64,000 nt of DNA from Candidatus Rokuibacteriota bacterium (GCA_031406795.1 JANOHV010000005.1:1-64000); one strand, 5' to 3'; positions 49,181-58,862 are shown, numbered from the stretch's first letter. Translations and numbers: made by a program. Notes: generated by a model from the sequence alone, not told the origin.

Positions 49181-50692
49181 CTACTCGAGCTTGAGCGTGA
49201 GCTCCTTCGAGGTGCTGTGGTCGATCCCCTCGCGGCTGTTGAAGACCGCGAGGGAGAAGTAGATTTCCCGTCCCGACGCGAAGTGCACGTCGGCCGGATC
49301 GCCGCTCGTGAGCCGCCGCGAGAACTCGACGGTCCAGAACCCGTCCTTCCACGAGCCCTTGGCCGTGACGTCCGCCATGCTCCCGGAGGGGGTGCGCGCG
49401 ATGTAGCGGGGGATCCGCTCGCCGGCATAGGCCCCGACGATCTGCGCCTGGTAGGGCTGGGAGCCGGCATCCGGATCCTCCTTGACCCAGACGGAACGCC
49501 CGCTGCGCGTCTGGTAGGAGTTCGCGCGCGCGATCCGCTGAAAGCTCAGCGTCATGGTCGCATCTTCGGCGAACCCGGACGGGTCCGTGCGCCCGGCGCG
49601 CCAAGTCCACAGGTCCGAGGCGGCCTCGTTGCCGGCGAGCATGCATTCGCCCATCCGCCCTTCCCGCGCGAACGAGAGCGCCAGCGCGTCCTCGACGTCG
49701 CGTCCGGCGACATACGCCTTCTCGGCCTTCGACCAGACCCAGGGGCGGTGCACGTCGTCCCGCATCTTGTCCGGCCAGCGCACCAGTATCCAGAGGCGAT
49801 CGGGCGACCAGAGCGCCGCCGCGCTGACGGTCATCTTCCCGGAAGCGCCCGCAACCTCGACGGAGAGCGGCGTCGCCGCCTGCCAGGCGGCGTCCGAGGG
49901 CTGGCCGTCGACGACGGGGGCGGCCCCGCGACCGAGTTCGTGCGCGGAGAGATACAGAGCATCCCTGGCCGGCGGGGGCGCGGCAGGCTCTTTCGGCGCC
50001 GGAGGCGGCGTCGCCGGCTTGACCGCGGCCGCCTTTGCGGCGGCTTCGGCTGACGCCCGGGCCTCCTCGGCGGCGTTTGCCTTCGCCGCGGCGGCGGTCT
50101 TCGCGGCGGCGGCCACGCGGGCTTCCTCGGCGGCCCGGGCGTCGGCGTTTGCCTTGGCTTCGGCGGCGGCGCGCTCCTCGACCTCGCGGCGCGCCTGAAC
50201 CTCGCGAACCGCCTTGAGCGCCTCGCGCAGATCGAGCGTCAGGTCGATCATCGAGTAGCGTCCGTCGTAGCGGTAGCCGACCTCCCGCAGCAGCGGCTCG
50301 GCGGCCTTCGCCTCCTGCAGGGCCTCGGTCATCCCGGTGATGTCGGCGCGCGCCGTCCGCATGCGATAGTAGATCATCTTGTCGAGGGTGAACTGGAAGC
50401 TCACGGGGATGTCGTCGACGCCGCTGGCGGTGAGAACGAGGCTGACCCGGCCGCTGGCGCGCTGCAGACGCACGCTGAGCACCGCGGGCGAGAGCCCGAT
50501 GATGCGGTCGACGATCTCGGCGCTCTGTTCGCCCTGGTTGTCGGTCGCGATCAGGGAGAGCAGTTCACCGGTAAAGATCAGGGAGATCTTCTTCTCCTGG
50601 GCGTGCGCCGCCGTGCTCAGGAGCAGCGCCAGGACCGGGACCAGCAGCAGGCAGACCCGCGCGCGCAGTGGCGGCCGCAGTCGGCGGGCCAA
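49181..50692 (-). CDS. exported protein with C-terminal ethylbenzene-dehydrogenase-gamma-like (DOMON-like heme b) domain
   Basis: PVVDG..D.AW, VRWPD, EDALAL, DLWTWRAGRT, WTVEFSRRL, HSTS; Ala/Lys-rich linker; TTG start uncertain. Confidence 0.7.
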   Translation of the reverse strand: MARRLRPPLRARVCLLLVPVLALLLSTAAHAQEKKISLIFTGELLSLIATDNQGEQSAEIVDRIIGLSPAVLSVRLQRASGRVSLVLTASGVDDIPVSFQFTLDKMIYYRMRTARADITGMTEALQEAKAAEPLLREVGYRYDGRYSMIDLTLDLREALKAVREVQARREVEERAAAEAKANADARAAEEARVAAAAKTAAAAKANAAEEARASAEAAAKAAAVKPATPPPAPKEPAAPPPARDALYLSAHELGRGAAPVVDGQPSDAAWQAATPLSVEVAGASGKMTVSAAALWSPDRLWILVRWPDKMRDDVHRPWVWSKAEKAYVAGRDVEDALALSFAREGRMGECMLAGNEAASDLWTWRAGRTDPSGFAEDATMTLSFQRIARANSYQTRSGRSVWVKEDPDAGSQPYQAQIVGAYAGERIPRYIARTPSGSMADVTAKGSWKDGFWTVEFSRRLTSGDPADVHFASGREIYFSLAVFNSREGIDHSTSKELTLKLE

Positions 50693-50712
50693 CGGGTGCG
50701 TGCGCTCCCCCG

Positions 50713-51336
50713 TCAGGGAAGCGGCTCCTCGACGATCGTGCGCAGCCGCTCGGCCACCGGGCGGGCCCGGGCGGTGTCGATGAAGACGTAGATGAACTTC
50801 TCGGCCTTCGTGCAAAAGTCCAGCAGGCCGAGTTTCGTCCCCGGGCACTTCTCGAGTTCCTGCTCGATCTTGCCGGCCTTGCGGCCGAAGCTCTCCCGCA
50901 GCGCCGCGCGCATCAGAGCCTTCACCGGTGCGGCGTCCCACACCGGCCGCACCGGGGCCTGCGCTTTGACCGTCCCGCCGCCTCCCTCGAGGTCGTCGAG
51001 ACCGTCGAACCCGTCGTCATCGCCCTTGCCGGACTCGTCCGTGACCCGGGCGGCCTCCATGATGGCGCCCATCCACTCGCAGACGAAGTTGCGCTCGTCG
51101 GTCGTTGCATCGGCGAGGAACTGGAAGCTCCCCTCCTGCTCGAGGAACAGGTGGTTGATGACCGCCTGACCGTTGAGGTCGCGATAGTCGGCGTGGACGA
51201 TCGTCCCCTCTTCGAAAAAGATCGAGGCCCGCGCGCCCGCGAGCGTGACCAGCAGCAGCCCGGTGCGACGCGCCGACCCGATGAACTGGACGACGTCCGG
51301 CAGCGGAAAATTCCGGATGCTGCCTTTCAGTTCCAC
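50713..51336 (-). CDS. DUF4388 (PatA-N-like) domain protein
   Basis: LKGSIRNFPLPDVVQFIG..RRTGLL, IFFEEGTIVHA, EGSFQF. Confidence 0.82.
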   Translation of the reverse strand: MELKGSIRNFPLPDVVQFIGSARRTGLLLVTLAGARASIFFEEGTIVHADYRDLNGQAVINHLFLEQEGSFQFLADATTDERNFVCEWMGAIMEAARVTDESGKGDDDGFDGLDDLEGGGGTVKAQAPVRPVWDAAPVKALMRAALRESFGRKAGKIEQELEKCPGTKLGLLDFCTKAEKFIYVFIDTARARPVAERLRTIVEEPLP

Positions 51337-51389
51337 GCCTTCTCCTCCGGCACCCGCTGCGGCCCGTCATGGCAAGTTGGTAATTTTTT

Positions 51390-51418
51390 ATGCTAATCGC
51401 CGGCCAAACACTTGTCAA
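51390..51418 (-). promoter_or_regulatory. sigma-70 promoter of DUF4388 operon
   Basis: Minus strand TTGACA-17 nt-TAGCAT. Confidence 0.65.
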
Positions 51419-51491
51419 CAACGCGTATCGCGCGGAAACACCCGGCGCCGTCCGGCGCCGGCGGGGCGAAGCCGGGCGGATCCGGACGCCG

Positions 51492-52691
51492 CTACGTCGT
51501 GAGCAGGCGTTCGCCGGACAACTCGGCGACCGCCCGCACGATGCGCTCGCAAACCGCGTCCCACGAGCACTCCGCCAGGACGTAGCGCCGCCCCGCCTCG
51601 CCGAGGGCGCGGCGCAGCTCCGGGTCGCCGGCCAGCAGGTCGACGGACGCGGAGTACTCGAGGAAGTCACGGAACCAGAGCCCCCCCCCGCTGCGGCGGC
51701 AGTGCCCGACCGTCACGGCGCAGCCGGCGTGCACCAGCACCGGCACCTCGTTGAGCCAGGACTCCATGATGACCCGCGAGAAGCTCTCGTTCACCGAGGG
51801 CTGGCAGAGCGCGAGCGCCCCGGCGCAGGCGTCCATCTTCCCCTGCTCGTCCGGGACCCCCGTGGGCAGGAACACCGGTTCGTCGGGCGGGATCGCCAGC
51901 GGGCCGCTGCCGAGCAGCACCAGCCGCTCGGCTCCCGCGCGCAGCCGCGCCCGCTCGCGCGCGTACGCCATCAGCAGGTGGGTGTTCTTCCCGCGGTCGA
52001 GCCGCCCGACGTACAGCACGTACGGCTCGCGCACCCCGCTCTTTTCCCGAAAACGCCCCGCGTCGCCGCGCAGGTGCGTGTCGATCCCGCCGCCGGTCAC
52101 TCGCCCCGGCGGGGTCTTGCCGCAGGCCTGCCGCGCCACGGCGGCCTCCTCAGGAGTGAAGAAGAGCGAGCCGCGGACGCCGAGAAGCACCCGGCGCGTG
52201 ACCCCCAGATAGGCGTAGCCTTCGTCGTGCAGGCAGGGGATCAGCAGGCTGCGATCGGGTCGCACCGCCGCACCGGCGAGCGTCGTGCCGTACAGGTAGG
52301 GGGTGAACACGAAGAAGTAGCGCTCCGCGTATTCCGCGATGAAGCGGTACAACGCGCCGCTGTTGATGCTCTCGCGGACGAACGCGTCCTCGAGCTGCGC
52401 GTTCGTGGGCGCTCCCGAGAGCAGAACCTGTATGGCGGCGGCGAAGCGCCCCTCGTCGCGCGCATCGACCGCGAAACGGCGCACGGTGATCCCCTCGCGC
52501 TCGGTGACGCCGGGGGCGTGATGGTTCTCGTCCCAGCGGTGCAGGAAGGAGCGCGAGCAGGTGGTGAGGATCTCGACGCGGCAACCGCGACGCGAGAGCT
52601 CGCGCGCGGTCTCCCACCCCTGCAGTTCGGCCCCGCCGCGGACCTCGTCGCCGAACCAGGGCACGACGAAAGCGAGCGTCACCCCCGTCAT
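51492..52691 (-). CDS. glycosyltransferase family 4
   Basis: FVVPWFG..GGAE, LYVGR, PSVNESFSRVIMESW. Confidence 0.9.
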   Translation of the reverse strand: MTGVTLAFVVPWFGDEVRGGAELQGWETARELSRRGCRVEILTTCSRSFLHRWDENHHAPGVTEREGITVRRFAVDARDEGRFAAAIQVLLSGAPTNAQLEDAFVRESINSGALYRFIAEYAERYFFVFTPYLYGTTLAGAAVRPDRSLLIPCLHDEGYAYLGVTRRVLLGVRGSLFFTPEEAAVARQACGKTPPGRVTGGGIDTHLRGDAGRFREKSGVREPYVLYVGRLDRGKNTHLLMAYARERARLRAGAERLVLLGSGPLAIPPDEPVFLPTGVPDEQGKMDACAGALALCQPSVNESFSRVIMESWLNEVPVLVHAGCAVTVGHCRRSGGGLWFRDFLEYSASVDLLAGDPELRRALGEAGRRYVLAECSWDAVCERIVRAVAELSGERLLTT

Positions 52692-53254
52692 TCCGGCACC
52701 GCCGCGCGTCCGTCGGGCTCGATTCGGGAACGCAGGCCGTCGATTTCGGCCTGCAGCTCCCGGTTGCGGCACTCCAGATCGTGGAGGCGGCGCGCCATCG
52801 TCTCGTTGTCGGCCTCGAGCGACTGCACGCCGCGGCAGGCGCCGGTGAGCAGCCGCACAACGGCGCCGTTGAACTCCGCCTGCCGCGCCAGGGTCACCGC
52901 CGCCACGGGGCGGGCGAGGCGGTGCAGCACGCGCTTGGCCGCGACAATGAGGGCACCGATCCCGCCGCGGTGCGAGCTGAATGGGTACGGCCCGAGCGGG
53001 TCCCACGAGGAATGCACTCGGGCGAGATCGTCGGACGGTGCCGGCCCGAAGTCGGTCCGCTCGCGCGGCTCATGCTCGACGCGGCGCAGCGCCGCGAGAT
53101 CGGCTCGCCCGTACTCCCCCCGGCGCAGCTTGCCGGCGATGCCGGCGCGCACGCGCTGCATGATGGCGTCCACGTCGGGAACCGGCGCGCTCCCGGCGCC
53201 ATCCTTGAACGGCACGCTCATGATCGCCTGCACCTCCCCCCGCCCCGTCGCCAC
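52688..53254 (-). CDS. hypothetical protein with coiled coil, paralogous to the N-terminus of the neighbouring methyltransferase
   Basis: SHRGGIGALIVAAKRVLHRLARP..RQAEFN versus THRAGLAGRLVVGAKRLMHRLTRP..RQTAFN; start uncertain. Confidence 0.7.
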   Translation of the reverse strand: MATGRGEVQAIMSVPFKDGAGSAPVPDVDAIMQRVRAGIAGKLRRGEYGRADLAALRRVEHEPRERTDFGPAPSDDLARVHSSWDPLGPYPFSSHRGGIGALIVAAKRVLHRLARPVAAVTLARQAEFNGAVVRLLTGACRGVQSLEADNETMARRLHDLECRNRELQAEIDGLRSRIEPDGRAAVPE

Positions 53255-53299
53255 GGCGAGTGTACCTCAGGAGCCGGCCGGAGAGGACGTGCCTTCACC

Positions 53300-55672
53300 T
53301 CAGCCCAGCTCCAGGCCGAGCCGCGTGCGGAGCACCTGGCGCAGACGCTCTTGCACGATGTCGGGCCGGAAGGCCTCCAGCCGCTCCCGGGACCGCTGCC
53401 CGAGCGCCGTGCGCAGGGAGACGTCGCCGAGCACGCGCGCCAGCAGCTCCGCGGTGGCGAACGGGTCGGGGTCCGCCAACAGGATTCCGCCGGAACCGAG
53501 GGTGCCGGGCACGCCGGCGGCGGCGCGGGCCACGATGGGCAGTCCGAAGTGCATGGCCTCCACCAGCGGCACGCAAAAGCCCTCGTGGGCGCTCAGGCAC
53601 AGGTAGAGGTCGGCCGAACGGTAATATGCGCTGAGCGCGGCGTTGGACACGTGGCCGGTGAAGTACACCCCGGGGACGCCCAGTTCGCGCGTGAGCCTCC
53701 TGACCCCCTGGGCATAGGGGTTGGTCTCCCCGCCCCCCACGACGAGCAGGCGCGCGAGTGGCAATGCGCGGGTCAGCCAGTGGTGCGTCTTGATCACGTC
53801 CTCGATCCGCTTGTTCGGCACGAGACGGCCGACGTGCAACACCGTCGGGCGCTCGTCGCCGAAGCGTGCGAGCAGCCGGGGGTCCGGAGCGGTTTTGAGT
53901 ACCGTCAGGTCCAGCAGGATCGGGACCTCCTCGACGGCGGCGCACCCGGCCTCGGTCAGTTCGGCGCAGTTGAAGGCGCTCACGCCCACGCCGAGTTCCA
54001 CCGCTGCGGCCAACCCGGGGAGCTGCCGCCGCCCCAGGCGCGCCCGCTCGGCTCCGTCGGGGTAGACGCCATCGAGAAAGTGGGCCGGGGTGATGTTGTG
54101 ATAGCGCAGCACCTTGCGCCCCGGCAACCCGGGGAGCGCATCGGCCAGCGGGTGACCGATCGAGAAATGAAAGATGAGCACGTCGTCCGCTCCGGCCTGC
54201 GGGCCGTATTCCTCGACGGGGCGGACCAGTTCGCGCAGGCGCGGCTGGTAGTGACAGGCGAAGATCTCCGAACGCACGCCCCAAGACCTGAGCGCTTTCT
54301 GGATCGCCAGGACCTCGTTCCCGATGGCGTCGCCGGCGGCGAAATCCGGCAGCATCTGGTGCACCGCGGGCCCGTCGGGCGCGCCGGCCCCGGCGGCGGG
54401 GCTCCGGCTGGTCGACGGGGCCGATCCGCATCCGGGATCGGCGCCGGCGGCGGGGGCAGGTTCGGCGTCGATGCGCTCGATCAGCCGCAGGTAGCGCTCG
54501 GTCACCACCGGCCAGGAGTAGTTGGACAGCACGTACTGCCGGCCCGCGGCGGCCAGTGCGGCGCGCAGGTCCGGGCGGGCGAGCAGGAGGTCCAGGCACT
54601 CGGCGAAATGCGGGTAGTCGGCGAAGTGCAGGCCGCCGCCGGAGGCCTCGACGTGCCCGCGGGTGACCGCGCAGCCCGTGCGGACCAGAGCGGGGGTGCC
54701 GGCGAGCCAGGCTTCCATGAGGACGATGGAGAAGCTCTCCATCAGCGAAGGCTGCACGAAGATGTCGGCCGCGGCGTAGGCGTCGTGTTTGTCCTGCGGA
54801 GCGAGGAAACCCAAGTCGATCACGCTCCGCTCCCCGCCCGCGGGGATGGCGACGGTGCCGGGACCGATCAGCGCCAGTTTGAGCCCGTCCGCGCCGCCGC
54901 GATCGGCCAGGTAGCGCAGGAAGTACCGCACCAGCAGCGGCGTGCCCTTGCCTTCTTCCTTGCGCCCGGCGTACAGCAGCAGCGGGCCGTCCAGGCCGTA
55001 CGAGCGGCGGAAACGCCCGGCGTCGGCGCTCCAGTCGGTCGCGATCCCAACGCCGAGAACCAACGCTTCGCCCCGGGCGTGCCCGTACAGCATTGTGGCC
55101 AGGTCGCGCTCGGCGGGATCATTGAAGGCGAGCGCCCGCGCGCTCTCGAAAGCCCGACGGACCGCCTTTGTCCGGGCATAGCCCTCGTCGTGCAGGCACG
55201 GAATCAGCACGCTCCTGGCCGGATGGACAAGAGCGCCGTACACGGAAGTGGCGAACAGGTAGGGAATGAAGAAGAACGGACCCAGTTCCGGGTGGCCGGC
55301 CAGGTGCCGGAGCAACGCCGGACTGTGCGCCATGTTGTCGAAGAAGTCGTGCTCCTCCTCATCGCTCAGGGGTTCGCCGGCCATCACCCGGGGCTGGAGC
55401 AGGCAGAACCGGCCGCGATTGCGCCTCGCGGTCGGGAATCGCACGATGCGCACCCCCGATTCAAGCGACTCGCCGACAGGGTAGCGATCGAGATCCCAGT
55501 CGGTGGCGGGCCCGCCGAGACAGGTGGTGAGGACCGTCACTTCGACGCCCGCGGCGGCCAGGTGCTGCGCGGTGGCTCGGGCCTCGGCCTCGGCTCCACC
55601 GGGGATGTCCTCGCCGTACCAGGGCGTCACGAAGCAAGCGCGCAGGCGCCGGCCGGGCACTGCCGACGACAC
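53300..55672 (-). CDS. tandem glycosyltransferase family 4 (two GT-B modules)
   Basis: PSLMESFSIVLMEAW and SAHEGFCVPLVEAM. Confidence 0.9.
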   Translation of the reverse strand: MSSAVPGRRLRACFVTPWYGEDIPGGAEAEARATAQHLAAAGVEVTVLTTCLGGPATDWDLDRYPVGESLESGVRIVRFPTARRNRGRFCLLQPRVMAGEPLSDEEEHDFFDNMAHSPALLRHLAGHPELGPFFFIPYLFATSVYGALVHPARSVLIPCLHDEGYARTKAVRRAFESARALAFNDPAERDLATMLYGHARGEALVLGVGIATDWSADAGRFRRSYGLDGPLLLYAGRKEEGKGTPLLVRYFLRYLADRGGADGLKLALIGPGTVAIPAGGERSVIDLGFLAPQDKHDAYAAADIFVQPSLMESFSIVLMEAWLAGTPALVRTGCAVTRGHVEASGGGLHFADYPHFAECLDLLLARPDLRAALAAAGRQYVLSNYSWPVVTERYLRLIERIDAEPAPAAGADPGCGSAPSTSRSPAAGAGAPDGPAVHQMLPDFAAGDAIGNEVLAIQKALRSWGVRSEIFACHYQPRLRELVRPVEEYGPQAGADDVLIFHFSIGHPLADALPGLPGRKVLRYHNITPAHFLDGVYPDGAERARLGRRQLPGLAAAVELGVGVSAFNCAELTEAGCAAVEEVPILLDLTVLKTAPDPRLLARFGDERPTVLHVGRLVPNKRIEDVIKTHHWLTRALPLARLLVVGGGETNPYAQGVRRLTRELGVPGVYFTGHVSNAALSAYYRSADLYLCLSAHEGFCVPLVEAMHFGLPIVARAAAGVPGTLGSGGILLADPDPFATAELLARVLGDVSLRTALGQRSRERLEAFRPDIVQERLRQVLRTRLGLELG

Positions 55673-56964
55673 TATTTGCGCCCCACCACCGCGTAATCCA
55701 GAGGACCGTAGATCAACTCATTGAGGCGCGAGACGTTGCGATTGAACGCGCCGGCGACCTCGGGTGCGTCCGTACCGCCCGGCAGCATCTCGAGCTTGTG
55801 CTCGGGCGCCATGGCCGAGAGGTACAGGATCTGCACATCGCCCAGCCCGGCCCAGCGCCACAGGAAGCGGGCGGCCTCGGGGTGCACGGGCTTGTTGTGC
55901 GTCAGATCGACGTAGAACGCCCCGGCGAACGTGCTCAGGCTCTGGGGGTTGACCGTCTCGGCGACGAGGGTGCCGCCGGGGGCAAGTTTCTCGGCGCACA
56001 ACGACACGAGCTCGCTCAGCTGGTCGAGATCCAGATGCTCGATGACCTGACTCAGCAGGATCCCCCCGAGCCCGCCGGGCGGCAGGGCGCGCAGGTAGGT
56101 CAGGCCGTCGGCCTCCGCCACGTCCAGCCCCCGTTCCCGGCAGAAGGCGACCATTGCGGGGTTGACGTCGACCCCGCGGGCGGGCAGACCGTTCTCGCGG
56201 CAAAGTTCGAGGAATTCGCCCCGGCCGCAGCCGAGGTCCAGCAGCGGCGCCTGCGGGCCGATCGAGCGCTGAAAGTGCGGGAGATAGACCGACTGCCGGC
56301 GCTTGATCTCCTCGCGCGTCCCGCGGTGCAGATCCTCGAAGGCCAGGTAGGCGGCGCCCCGGTTGGCGGCGCGGACCTCGGCCACTTCCCTGGCCGCTCC
56401 GGGAGCCAGCCGGCCGGCCGGGGACTGATCCTCGACGAGGCGCTGCAGGCGCGCCAGAAGCGCCTCGGCCTGCGCGTTGCCGGAGTACAGCCGCCGCTCC
56501 AGCGCGGTCAACCGGGCCTCGACGTCGCTGAAGCGATCCTCGGACTGGTCCAGGCGCAGGCGCAGCGCGGTGACCTGGGAGAGCAGAAGGTTCTGCAGCC
56601 GGGCGCTGTGATTGTTGAAGGCCGTCTGCCGCGCCAGCGCGACGTTCAGATAGGGTCGGGTCAGCCGGTGCATCAACCGCTTCGCGCCAACGACCAGCCG
56701 GCCCGCGAGTCCCGCCCGGTGGGTGCTGATGTCGCAGACCTTGGCGTCCCAGGTTTCCCGCAGATACGCGGCCAGTCCCGCCATCGCCGCCGCGTCCGGA
56801 TCGAGCTGCAGGGTCACCGCGGCGTCCTCGACCCGGCGGATTTCAGCGGGGTTGTACAACCCCCGGGATTTCTTGGCGATGACCGCGGCGTCCACCTCGG
56901 CCAACAGCGCCGCCACGTCGGGCCGGGAAGGCGCTTTCGGATCGTCCGCGCTCATCGTGTCCAC
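55672..56964 (-). CDS. class I SAM-dependent methyltransferase with coiled coil (glycan chain-terminator-like)
   Basis: YLAFEDLHRG, LDLGCGRGEFL, QVIEHL, ETVNP. Confidence 0.85.
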   Translation of the reverse strand: MDTMSADDPKAPSRPDVAALLAEVDAAVIAKKSRGLYNPAEIRRVEDAAVTLQLDPDAAAMAGLAAYLRETWDAKVCDISTHRAGLAGRLVVGAKRLMHRLTRPYLNVALARQTAFNNHSARLQNLLLSQVTALRLRLDQSEDRFSDVEARLTALERRLYSGNAQAEALLARLQRLVEDQSPAGRLAPGAAREVAEVRAANRGAAYLAFEDLHRGTREEIKRRQSVYLPHFQRSIGPQAPLLDLGCGRGEFLELCRENGLPARGVDVNPAMVAFCRERGLDVAEADGLTYLRALPPGGLGGILLSQVIEHLDLDQLSELVSLCAEKLAPGGTLVAETVNPQSLSTFAGAFYVDLTHNKPVHPEAARFLWRWAGLGDVQILYLSAMAPEHKLEMLPGGTDAPEVAGAFNRNVSRLNELIYGPLDYAVVGRK

Positions 56965-56987
56965 GCTCCCGGGATGCCGGACTCCGC

Positions 56988-58142
56988 CTAGAGCGGCGAC
57001 ATCTCCCGCAGTCTGCCGATGATCCCGGGCAGGTGCGTCATCAGCTGTTCGATCTCGCTCAGGGTGTTGTCGCGGCCGAGCGAGAAGCGGATCGCACCGC
57101 GCGCCTCCAGCGCCGTGCGGCCCATAGCGGTGAGCACGTGCGAGGCCTCCTGGTCTTCGGAGCTGCAGGCCGAACCGGTGGAGACCGCGAAGCCCTGCTG
57201 GTCCAGCAGCAGCAGCGCGGACTCAGCCTCGATGCGCGGGAAAGAGACGTTCAACGTGTTCGGCAGCCGCTCGGTCGGGTGGCCGTTGAGCCGCACGTCG
57301 GGGATCTGCGCCCGGATGCGCGCCCAGAGGTCGTCCCGCAGCGCGGTCAGGTGCGCCGCCTCGGCGTCCAGTTCCAGCCGCGCCAGTTCGGCGGCCTTGC
57401 CGAGGCCGACGATCCCCGAGGTGTGTTCGGTGCCGGCGCGGCGCCCGATCTCGTGGCCGCCGCCGTGCATCAGCGGGTCGATCGCGACGCCTTCGTGGAT
57501 GTAGAGCACCCCGACGCCCTTCGGACCGTAGATCTTGTGCGCCGAGATCGAGAGCAGATCGACGCCCCAGTCGGCCACCGGCGTCGGGATCTTGCCGACC
57601 GCCTGCACCGCGTCGGTGTGGAAAAGCACGCCGCGCTCGCGGCAGATGCGGCCGATGGCCGCGACGGGGTTGATGCTGCCGCTCTCGTTGTTGGCGGCCA
57701 TGATCGACACCAGCACCGTCGCAGGGGTGATCGCCGCGCGCACCGCCTCGGGATCGACCAGCCCGTCGGCGTCGACGCCGAGATACGTCACCGAGAAGCC
57801 GAGGCGCTGCTCGAGCCAACGGCAGGTGTGCAGGACCGCATGGTGCTCGACGCGGGAGGTGACGATGTGCGTCCCCTTGCCGCGCAGCGCGAACGCGGTC
57901 CCCTTGAGCGCGTGGTTGTCGCTCTCGGTGCCCCCGGAGGTGAACACCACCTCGACCGGGCAGCAGCCGAGCAGCGCGGCGACCCGGGCGCGGGCCTCCT
58001 CGCGCAGCGTCCGCGGGCCGCCGCCGCAGGCGTGGACGCTCGAGGGGTTGCCGAACTGCTCGCGGAACATCGGCAGCATGGCCTCGATTACCTCCGGCCG
58101 GACCGGCGTCGTCGCATTGTGGTCCAGGTACACGGGTTTCAT
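56988..58142 (-). CDS. cysteine desulfurase (IscS/NifS family)
   Basis: YLDHNATTP, FTSGGTESDN, HTDAVQ, SAHKIYGPKG, STGSACSS; ATG 58142. Confidence 0.95.
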   Translation of the reverse strand: MKPVYLDHNATTPVRPEVIEAMLPMFREQFGNPSSVHACGGGPRTLREEARARVAALLGCCPVEVVFTSGGTESDNHALKGTAFALRGKGTHIVTSRVEHHAVLHTCRWLEQRLGFSVTYLGVDADGLVDPEAVRAAITPATVLVSIMAANNESGSINPVAAIGRICRERGVLFHTDAVQAVGKIPTPVADWGVDLLSISAHKIYGPKGVGVLYIHEGVAIDPLMHGGGHEIGRRAGTEHTSGIVGLGKAAELARLELDAEAAHLTALRDDLWARIRAQIPDVRLNGHPTERLPNTLNVSFPRIEAESALLLLDQQGFAVSTGSACSSEDQEASHVLTAMGRTALEARGAIRFSLGRDNTLSEIEQLMTHLPGIIGRLREMSPL

Positions 58143-58166
58143 CAATGCACTCCTCTCAACCGTCTT

Positions 58167-58295
58167 GCGCAGGGTGTCGAGAATGGTCTGGATGCAAGGC
58201 GCGCGACGATCCGGCGACTGAGGCGGGCTGGTGCCCGCCGCAGGGAGCCGGTAGGAGCGGAACGCAGCAGACGGGCCATTATCGGCGGCCTGCGC
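58167..58295 (-). repeat. structured palindromic repeat family A, copy 4
   Basis: gcgcagg/cctgcgc ends; 22 nt identical to 48427-48448; colinear with the 46029 copy. Confidence 0.78.
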
Positions 58296-58711
58296 TACAA
58301 CGCCGTTTGCATGGCGTGGGGGGGGCAGGCCGGGATGCACATCTCGCAGGCGATGCACTTTCCCGCGTCGAAACTCACGACCCAGCTCTCGCGATCGACG
58401 TCGAGCGCCTCGGTCGGGCAGACGGCAAGGCAGGCCCCGCAGTGGGTGCACTTGGCCTCGTTGCGGGTGACGTCGCGCTCCAGCGGCTCCACCCGCACCC
58501 CCTGCTCCTTGAGGAACCTGATCCCCTTGCGGTACTCGCCCTCCGGGCCGGAGAGGTCGAGGACGACGAGCCCCTCTTCCTGCGGCGTGACCTCGGCCTT
58601 GGTGATCGAGAAGCAGAGGTCGAACTCCTTGGCGAGCCGGCAGACGATCGGCCGGTCCCAGATCTGTTGCGGAAAGTGCAGGACAATCTTGTGCGCAACC
58701 TGCGTGGTCAT
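58295..58711 (-). CDS. NIL domain-2x[4Fe-4S] ferredoxin (homocysteine-synthesis partner, MA1822-like)
   Basis: NIL-like N-terminus, CTHCGACLAVCP, CIACEMCIPACP. Confidence 0.88.
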   Translation of the reverse strand: MTTQVAHKIVLHFPQQIWDRPIVCRLAKEFDLCFSITKAEVTPQEEGLVVLDLSGPEGEYRKGIRFLKEQGVRVEPLERDVTRNEAKCTHCGACLAVCPTEALDVDRESWVVSFDAGKCIACEMCIPACPPHAMQTAL

Positions 58712-58755
58712 CGTCGGTTCCTCCTGAACAGGCCAGGGTCATGAGTTGCCGTGCG

Positions 58756-58862
58756 GGCTGCGGGGTCCTGACGCTGCGGACCTCCGCCGTGTTTATGCCC
58801 CCCGAGCGGGCACTCCCTCCGGTCCGCCGACGGAGACCCCCCCTCCGCGCCACCCCTCCGCC
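58756..58862. repeat. dispersed repeat family B, long copy
   Basis: Matches 26188-26238 with 56 extra internal nt. Confidence 0.8.
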
